Below are positions 55,274 through 64,000 of a stretch of DNA of 64,000 bases, piece after piece. The notes under the pieces were generated by a model. That model was not told the origin of the DNA. It worked only from the letters and a program-made list of their open reading frames with translations, and ran no database searches. This DNA is from Selaginella moellendorffii (lineage: Eukaryota > Plantae > Lycopodiophyta): NCBI RefSeq assembly GCF_000143415.4, contig NW_003314294.1, positions 749,453 to 813,452 on the forward strand, written 5' to 3'. Within the stretch, counting starts at the first letter, position 1. Every line of letters begins with the position of its first letter. The translations under genes and the position numbers were made by a program.

Positions 55274-56067
55274 TCAAGTGTCAACATTAGTTACTTGTCT
55301 GCTACTTATCATCCTTCTAACTAATACAACCATTTCCACCACTAATAGGACGGCAAGAAGAAAGTCCATAATAGAAACCATCCTATTTCCCCACCTCCAA
55401 TCAGAATATATGTGGTCACATATGGGGTCGATCAGAGGAAACAAAATCTGAAATCCAAGTGAAATATGTAAGAAAGCCAGCAGACCCCCTTCATTACCAT
55501 TCCTGATTTCTTCATCTATCACCCTATATTCTATGATCCATCTTTTCAATCCATATATTCCTGTAGAAGCATGTGCTACTGCAGATACTACTTGTAAACC
55601 AAAAAACCACCACCGATCTGAAACATATGTGCTTGCAAACGCACTTGCGCCCCCAATGACAAGACTAGCCACCATGCATAGCTTGTGTTGAGAGCCTGTG
55701 ATAACTCCAATGACAACTAAAACAATAATAAGTTAATTGGTAAGCAGTTGTATTTCTAGAGCTCACCTCCAAGCACATAGCCAAGTAATAGGAGTGTATA
55801 TATAAACGGAATCAAACAAGGGAATTGCCAATATCGGATAACAGAGTATTTTGTTCCAATATTTACATGACCATATAATGTAGACAAAGAGCCCCAATGG
55901 TAACTTGGGTGTAGCGCATTACAGCTCTTTTGACAGTGAGAAACACCATGTGGGCAATGCCACTCTGGATAATCAAACGTGATAATAATGGTGCATATGT
56001 AAAATAGAAGTTCCCAAAAGGAAATAGTTGCAAGTATAAAATACCACCACTTGTACGAGAATTCCAT
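55274..56067 (-). CDS. Orphan multi-pass (~6 TM) membrane protein, 247 aa, 2 exons
   Basis: Exon 1 56067-55767 and exon 2 55716-55274 join in frame across a 50-nt GTGAGC...TTTTAG intron. Hydrophobic segments plus a Cys/His-rich loop WHCPHGVSHCQKSC. Confidence 0.65.
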
Positions 56068-56273
56068 GAGAAACCTTATGAACCCTAATTTTTTTCTTAG
56101 CTTTAAAATCTATTTAAGCAAAAGGAAAGGGAATCTTAACTTCATTTAATATACAAGCATATTCTGCTGTTTTAAAACCTTCTCTTGGCGACGCCAGGCG
56201 AAGAGATGCTCCCTTTGCTCGCAGACCCAAGTTCTTCCCCATCTCATTTGCAACTAACCTCGGATTGCAGCTG

Positions 56274-56362
56274 CTGGTTCCTCTCAGATCGAGATGGGAA
56301 GCACCAAGCTGAGGATTGGATCCACAATCTTCGGACCTCGAGAGTACCCAGCAAAGAAATAG
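56274..56362 (+). pseudogene. Duplicated last exon of PLPBP
   Basis: CTCTCAG|ATCGAGATGGGAAGCACC...GAGTACCCAGCAAAGAAATAG with no upstream exons. Confidence 0.85.
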
Positions 56363-56662
56363 AAATGGAGACAATACACTAAAGATCGTCAAGAACAAGA
56401 ACATGAGGAAATTCGCTGTACAGAATCCTTGTCAAAGGATCGGAATTTATGCTTTTGGAGAACTTCTCTTAGTCAAGATCACGAAAATTTGTCCATATCC
56501 GAAAGCGCTATAAACTTCCCCTGACACGAAAGTAACATTATTATAAACTAGATCTCCGGGAGTTTTTCCCCGGGATCTCTCTTTTCCTCCCCCTTCAATC
56601 ACTGACACCACTACGTACAAGGATAAGACTTTGCTTGGCCCTGGATTGGAGCTTTATTTGTT

Positions 56663-57422
56663 CTAGCAGCGAGGATTGGGAAGCGCTCCATGGTCGCAAT
56701 TGGAAGCCGGCATCCAGTGATACTTGGTCTTGAATCCATTCCCAGCGCGCTCCATCACTGGGTCTCGCACCCACTGATCGATCGTGAAGATCTCGCGGCT
56801 CACGCACTTGTTGCTCCCGGATTGCCTCACCGAGACGTTGAGGCCCTTGACGTACCACGAGGAGCTCGGGTACTTGCCGTTCTGGGTCACCTCCACCTTG
56901 CAGATCCGGCCGATGCAAGCGTTGGTGGCCACGAATCGATCCACGGCATTGCGCTCGAAGTTGTTCCCGGGGCGCTGGAGCTGGAAGTTGAGGGACTGAT
57001 CGGCGGAGTTGGCCAGGCGGAGGAAGACGTCGGCGTCGGTGCCCGCGCCTTCGCGATCGCCAGTGGAAACTTCCACCATGTATGTGCATTGCCCCTGAAA
57101 CAGAGAAGCGAACAATCAAGATCACAGGAAGTCTCTTGGATCTCCAAAGAAATCATCAAGAAGAAGAAAAAGAAGAAGAAGAAGAAGCACTGGAGGAGGA
57201 GAAACAGAGACGCGAACAATCAAGATCACAGTGGATCTCCAAAGAAATCATCAAGAAGAAGAAGAAGAAAGAAGCACTGGAGGAGGAAGAAAAAGAAGGG
57301 GAAGAAGAGGAAGAAGAGGAAGAAGAAGAACTAGAAGAAGAAAAATAAAAGAAGTTTTGGGTTCTTACATTGGTACGCGGTATGATCGTTGTGATCGCGA
57401 TCAAGAACAACACAAGCCTCAT
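56663..57422 (-). CDS. Secreted PLAT/LH2-domain protein, copy 2
   Basis: Near-identical to copy 1 (V>I in the signal exon, F>S in VEVFTG). The intron carries an internal duplication and longer CTT tracts. Confidence 0.85.
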
Positions 57423-57663
57423 TCTTTCAAGAAACTTGGAGAAACAATTGAAAGCGTCCAAGCAAGCAAACTTGGAGGAAGAATGTGGCTATAATTTCTC
57501 GCGAACAAGTTATAGGAGAGCTTTTTCGCGCATTAAATTTGCAGCTTTATGTACCCATGTGATGGGGCATGTGGTTTCTGGTCACCGCACATGTAAGTTT
57601 CTCAAGAACCCTAAAAGCAGAGCAAATTCTAAATCCCTAAAACAGAGCACTCACTCTACATTT

Positions 57664-59264
57664 TCAATCGAAGACTGGAATGCATGTTGGGTTGCAAGGA
57701 AATGCGCAATCAATTACCAGTTGTGGTGGATCGCGATCAAAGTACCAATCTCCTACTGTTTGCGACACTGACTGCATCAACACCAGCTTTAGTTTTAGAT
57801 TGTTCCTTCTTTTTTCTACCTTTCCATTGACTTGGATATTGTTCCATTTGTCGTCCCCACGGGCGTGGCAGTGCGTGAAGCACGAGTCGAAGAAAACTCC
57901 CAGCGAGCTCTTGTAGTTCCAGTCTGACGCTGAAAGAGCGCCGATCATGCTCGTCCGGAATTCCTGGAGTTTTTTCACCGCCGGGCATGACGGCGAGTTC
58001 ATACAGGAGAGGTATTGATCCCTTGGGATCTTTTTCGCGTGCTCTAGCTGCATTCACACAGGCAATTTATATTCAAACGAGTGATCAGTGATCATTCGAT
58101 CGGAACTTACTTGCCAGTAATCGTATGCGGCGTTTAGCAGGAAAAGTGGAGGCTGGACAAACGCTTTCATTGTTTGTGGGAAGAAGCACTGGCATGATCG
58201 ATCACAGTTCAGAAATTTGCAATTTGCTGACAACAAAAATGGAAATCTTACCTCAGTGGCAGCTCTAGAAGAAACACAAGAGGAATCCAGTGTCTTTTCT
58301 AGCTGGTGCAGTTTCACCACACTGTTGTAAAAGCTAGACATTGAGTAGTTACCACTGATGTCTGATCTGCAAGAACAGGATTTAGTAGAAATCTCAACAT
58401 TAGCATACGTTGTCTTACACATTAAGGAAGAATCCACCGTCACTGAGGCATTTGAGCTTGATTCGGGGAAGAAAGCTTTGCAACTCATTGCAACGATGCA
58501 CTGTGGCTAATCCTCCAGCTGAGCAGCCCGACAGAAGAACCTAAATATCATGGTAAAATTGTTCACGAGTAACACCAAACTTTAAGCATACCTGGGTGGC
58601 GTCGCTCAATCCCATGGATTTGAGCTCATCAATTACAGCTTTGAAAATCCTTTTGCCTCGAAAATACAAAACCTGCTAAAAAAAGAGAACTTTTATCATT
58701 TCTTTTGTGATATATCTTCATACCTGACCGGAGGGTAGAGTGAGGGGCTCAGCTACATCGGCACTGAAAGAAGCTCCATCGCAGTACCTCACAAAAACAT
58801 GGGTCCAGTTGTGGAAGTCGGTGTTGACTTTGGGGTCGGAGCTGAGCTGACCACTAAACGCTGCAAAGCCTTGCATGTTGACCGAGCTCCCCAGAGCAGT
58901 TCCAGCTCTAGCAGCACAAGATTGCTCGGACTCACACCACCCTCCACCCTGAAAATCACAACCATAACTTCACATGGTAAGTAGTCGATCTTATACCTCC
59001 AGACTAATGAGCCAGTTTGCTCCTCCTGGCGCAATATGGTAAGCTGGGACGCTTCCATCCAAGCAGACTTGTAAATCACAGCCAAATGTTACAAACTCCC
59101 GGGTTTAAACTTTGGCACTACATACAACAAAACTCACCTGCGCCCAATGACTTTGCCTTTGAGAGGTAAGTTATCTCCACAAGAACACCGTCAAGTTGCG
59201 TGGGGCTGACCTGAGATGGAGCCCCAAATACAACGGCAAGGAATGCAAAGAGAAGAGAATTCAT
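57664..59264 (-). CDS. Pectin acetylesterase (PAE/Notum family), multi-exon
   Basis: Signal peptide, [13 protein letters not shown]|[31 protein letters not shown] (nucleophile), [24 protein letters not shown]...[10 protein letters not shown]. Confidence 0.93.
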
Positions 59265-59699
59265 ACCCAAAGAAGATGGATCTATGGGGAAACGAAAACA
59301 ATGATATTATGAGTGAAACCTGTACTACGAACTGTAAGATCTACCCGTGATTTTTTGTCCTGTGGAGATATCACGCGTTTCCTGTTGGGGTCACGCATTG
59401 CCTGCAACGTCCTTGGCGATTCTATCAAAGAATGTGTCGAGAAAGACAGGCACTATCAAACAAGAAATGCTTTTCACGAAAATTCAAGCTTTAGTTTTGA
59501 ATGTTTTAGTTCTTTGTGTGCAATTACTTGAATTACAAACATGAGAATCGTTAGCATCATTTTACGGAAAGAATTTGAAGTAAGCGCGAATCGAGAACGA
59601 ATGTCATCGTGAAGTTACCAAGGTTGAGTGTTTGACTTGTAGAGTGTTAGTAACTTTTGCCTTATAAACTGCCCAGATCCTCTGAATTGTTTAACAGCG

Positions 59700-61900
59700 A
59701 TGTCTTGCAATGCTCCATGCATTGTGTTTTTGTTCTTGGTATTCTGCAAGGTTCTCCATGAGTCTTGATGGCTTTTGAAGCAAACTGATCCTCTTAGTAG
59801 CTGGTTAGAAGAAGTTCCTCTGTGCAACTGGACAGGGATTTCATGCCATCCCAATCACCAGAATTATGTTCAAGGGATCAATCTCTACAATCTAAATCTG
59901 AGTGGTAACACCTCTTCTTGGCCAGCCATCCCCCCTTTTGCTGTTACTTTAGCGTCTCTATTTATCTTCCCTGGTACATAAGGATCTCAACGTGATGCAA
60001 TCCTCCTCGAACCAATGCAACCAGGAGGTGATATATTAATCTCTCAAGCAACAGCTTTATGTCCAGCATTCCAAAGGAGCTTGAGAATTGCACGTTGCTT
60101 GAAGAGATTTCTCTTTCTCAAATTCTCTTACAGGAACTATTCCAGATATTTTCAATCGTTTAAAGCACCTGTCCATTCTCAGTCGTCTGTGGGGAAATCA
60201 GCTTGTTGGCAACATCCCATTGTCAATTGCAAACTCCTCAAAATTGGCGAAGCTGACAATGAACTTACAGGACACATCCCAAATAATCTGATGACTTGAG
60301 GCAATTGTTCCAGGCTGGTTATATTAGATGTTACTTTCAACCTCGTCTGGAAGCCTTCCTTTGGAGCTTGCAAGACTATCAAGGCTTCAACATGCTGGGT
60401 TTTTGACAATCAACTGCAAGGAAAACTCTGGAGTTCTAATCCTGTTCACTAATTCATTGTCCGGTCAAATCCCTTCAACTCTATTCCAGTGCACTTCCCT
60501 CATAGAAATTGATGTTTCACAGAATTCTCTCACAGGTCCAATCCCAGCTGATATCAGCAAACTTCAACACCTCCAAACATTTCTTACTCACCAAAATGAA
60601 TCGCGTGGCAGCACTTTTGGCAACTTGTCCTCTCTTTTACAAACGGACATGGCCTTCAACCAGCTGAGTGGCACCATACCAACAGCAATTGGATCACTTT
60701 CACAGCTCCAGCGCTTATCTCTTGCATACAACAGGCTTTCTTGACCCATTCCTGAAGCTGCTTTCAAGCTGTGCAGGAATCTTGGCTTCCAGAGGCTCGA
60801 CCGCAATGAGCTCGATCGATCCCGCAAGAGTTTGGGGAAATGACCAATCTCACGTATTTAATTCTCACGAAAAATCTCTTAACAGAGGAGATTCCACCCA
60901 ACATAGGCACCCTTTTCAGGCTGCAGTTCTTATCAACTTGGAACCTTCTCACAGATTATGGTTCCAGAGGGATGAACATGGAGGGAGCTACCTGTTGATC
61001 TTGCGGCTGGCCCTACGCGTGAGATTCCACCATGGCTTGGAGGCTTCAACAAAGTTCAGTCCATTGTTCTTTCTTCCAATGCCTTCTCAGGGGAGATACC
61101 TGCTAGTTTGGGTGAATCAAGCTCATTAACTACGTTGACATTCTTGAAGTTAATGCTTCATACAACAACTTAATTCGCACATCTCATCATTTTGCAAAAT
61201 TTGACAGCTCCATGTTTTTGGGGAACCCTTCGTTGTGTGGAGAGATACTTCATAGAAACTGTCCTTCACCCTCATCATCATCAAGCCAAATCTAAACTTC
61301 GCTGTAGTGGTTGTCATGATATTGATAATAGCATTGTGTGTTAAAACCTTTAAGCACAGTGATTATGATGGAGCAGCTTTGGTGGGAAACTTGAAAGCGC
61401 TAAGTTTTTAACAGGTAATGAACATGACAGATCTCTCTACTCGCAACTTTGGTTGAAATTTTCTTCAGAAGTGCATTTTCAACGGATATCAAACACTGAA
61501 CATTACACCTATATACAAATGAATATCATGTTAGTGAGAATGTAAATGCCAAGCTTTTATTACGTACCAGTCATTGCGCTTGAGCCGGCTCTCAACAAGA
61601 GGCTTAGAAAGCTGGCCGTGTTGTAGTAAATGTGGATCTTTGATCATCTCTAACTTAATGGTGTGCCTAGTTCTTAGCACCTCGATCGAAGAAGCTGCTA
61701 CAGCGCTCCAAGGAAGGACTCCGCCATTGGCTAGCTTGAGACAGCAAAATCAAAGGCCTTCCAAGTCATTAACAAGATCATACGGAAGGATGCCCTGAAA
61801 CATACATCCCGGTGAGAGCTCAACATCAGGGATTTGTGACACCTTCTCATATACCAGAGTTTTCGGCCAGGCTCTGTTAACCATGCCCAGAAGATCATCA
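59700..61900 (+). pseudogene. LRR receptor-like kinase pseudogene
   Basis: DPLSSW..LCNWTGISC cap, LRRs (NSLSGQIPSTL, NQLSGTIPTAIGSLSQLQRLSLAYNRLS), FLGNPSLCG, TM segment; many stops and frameshifts. The kinase part is barely recognisable, so the end coordinate is approximate. Confidence 0.8.
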
Positions 61901-61908
61901 AATCAATG

Positions 61909-62093
61909 NNNNNNNNNNNNNNNNNNNNNNNNNNNNNNNNNNNNNNNNNNNNNNNNNNNNNNNNNNNNNNNNNNNNNNNNNNNNNNNNNNNNNNNNNNNN
62001 NNNNNNNNNNNNNNNNNNNNNNNNNNNNNNNNNNNNNNNNNNNNNNNNNNNNNNNNNNNNNNNNNNNNNNNNNNNNNNNNNNNNNNNNNNNNN
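61909..62093. other. Assembly gap (185 N)
   Basis: Run of N. Confidence 1.
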
Positions 62094-63854
62094 TTGGTCT
62101 TGGCATGCCATTTCACGCTCAATGTGAAACCATTCTTCCCAGTTATATTCCCCTTCCTGATGTAGTGCCATTTGACGGCAAGTTTCAGCCACCTTTGAGA
62201 GTTACAGATAAAACAATTGACGTAGCTTTCTGTTTCACAACCTCTTTTACCACCAATGTTCTCTCCTCCAAAACTCTACATTTTAGCTGCAAAAACTTGT
62301 TTTTGATCCAGAGATTGTGGCACCCTCGTGCCACCAGACCGTATAATTCATAGAACTGGGAGAATTGCATGATCGCTCTAATAACCCGTTACTCGGGTCA
62401 GCATGAGCATTCTAACCCACTGTTTGTCTTCTTGAGCTTCAATCTCGTTTACTATGTGTACCTTTAACTCACCACTCTTGTATGAATGCGTTCAACCATT
62501 TCCTATAGGTTTTCTAAAGTATAATTGAAATTTTATAAATTAATTTTAACAAAAAGTAAAGTTAGAATCAATTTGAAGACATATTAAACCATATTAAAAA
62601 TATATCAAATTCTTTATGAGCATCTAATATTAGTTTTTTGAAGAGTTATTCTATTTGATATTAAATAAAATAATAAAGGTGGACTAAATAACTTGAATAT
62701 TTTTAGTTAGTGGTTTAACTCTTATAAACTTGGGTTTAATACTTTCTTAGGGCTAATTTACTTTTCTTTGATAATCAAAGACTATTTAACAAAACCTAAT
62801 ATAAGTTGAACTAAGGTTTGTTTGTCCTAATAAGGTTTGTGAATTTGTATAAGTATGGCCTCTAATAATCCTTAAGTATCACCTACTTAGGGTTGAAAAA
62901 ATTTAGTGAAGAAGAATATTCCATATCATCTTTGGGTATTCATTGAAATACTTCCTCTACCAAATAGAGAGAGAAAACGTTTTATATAGTATAAATATAA
63001 TGTATATACATATGTATATTTTATTTTTGTATGATAAATATGAAAGATCTCTATAAATGATTATGCCCTTGCATAAGAATCCAAGATCAGTTTTAAAACA
63101 ATGAATTGTGACCGATATAACACCTAGCTAATAACTGAAAAAATTATTAAATAAAACTCATAAATAAATCTAGCTTGAATACAATACTATTAAAGGGTTG
63201 ACCTTTTTGTGGGGTTTGATTTTTCCATCTCCCAAGCTTCACATCCCCAAAAGATTGATCTCCTGGTTTCTAGTATCAAACATGAAACATACTTTAACAA
63301 ACAAGTTGGCAAGTAGAAATGAAAAATATATCAAACATTGGTAGCTTTTTGAAACAAGATATAATCTAATCATTAAAAATACAAATTTAATTTGATAATT
63401 AACAGAAATATACATTTAATTACTAATTTGATTACTGTTTTAATTGGAACTTGATGTTTTCTTTGTGTTAATTATTGAGTCACAAATCACTTACAATTGT
63501 AGTATAATTCACTTCAGTTATGGAGAAGTATATATACTTTTGTTAAAAGAATTAAATGGAAAAAGAGATCTACATTATCACAGCAAGTTTGCACTCCAGG
63601 TTTTCGAAATATTTCTGGTTTTAACTCCATTAAAATTGTGGTTGCAAAATAGATTTTTCTATTTTTTATGTCAGACTCAGATTTAACAACACTTTGTTAC
63701 ATAGTCATATATGCGATAGGCTCTCTAGAAGCACAAACACTATTTTTCACTCTAAAAGTACATACTCTTTTTAGATTTTGTAGAGCTTGACTCAAGAAGC
63801 ACATACCCTGATTAAACAAGAATGTTGTTAGACAGAATTCAATGATTTTCTTAC

Positions 63855-63987
63855 CTTGCAACACAGCAAGCACGAATTGTCTCAGAGAAAGTCGCAAAGT
63901 ACATGAGCTGGATAGCAGTGGCAATGAACGCTCCACCTAGATGCAGAAGCTGGAATTCAACAATCCAACTAAAGATAATCCAGGTGA
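63855..63987 (-). CDS. Possible hydrophobic exon of a membrane-protein gene continuing beyond the window
   Basis: TTTTTCCGCAG acceptor and AG|GTAAG donor flank TWIIFSWIVEFQLLHLGGAFIATAIQLMYFATF. Confidence 0.35.
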
Positions 63988-64000
63988 CTGCGGAAAAAAA

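Noticed and set aside
61731-62353. ORFs spanning the N run
   Set aside because: Artefacts of the assembly gap.

Overview
Eukaryotic (plant nuclear) DNA: very gene-dense, with short introns (mostly about 43-110 nt), telo-boxes near start codons and S-motif-rich PLS-class PPR genes. This pattern best fits a lycophyte such as Selaginella (inference, no search run). Conserved genes, left to right: organellar IF-3 (-), HYL1/DRB1-like dsRNA-binding protein (+), intronless XRN 5'-3' exoribonuclease (-), cohesin SMC3 (+, with an AT-AC U12 intron and a GC-AG intron), M48 peptidase (+), aleurain/cathepsin H-like protease (-), F-box (+), two intact PLS-E PPRs, AP-2 alpha-adaptin (-), SLOW GREEN1-like TPR (-), AAED1/PRXL2-like thioredoxin-fold protein (-), PLPBP/YggS (+), two PLAT genes (-) and pectin acetylesterase (-). 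Also present: a full-length but decayed Ty3/gypsy LTR retrotransposon (41408-46422), several pseudogenes, and an assembly gap at 61909-62093. Main observations: (1) a slippery heptamer plus H-type pseudoknot (-1 frameshift signal) at the gag-pol junction of a retrotransposon with a tRNA-Ala-like primer site; (2) a tight, probably antisense-overlapping DRB-XRN RNA-silencing pair that was duplicated as a unit; (3) an inverted duplication with the geometry of a staggered-break inversion; (4) three cases of host-sequence direct duplications flanking inserted orphan genes, one of which is an intact, unrecognised ~6-TM membrane protein. All gene models and alignments were read by eye.
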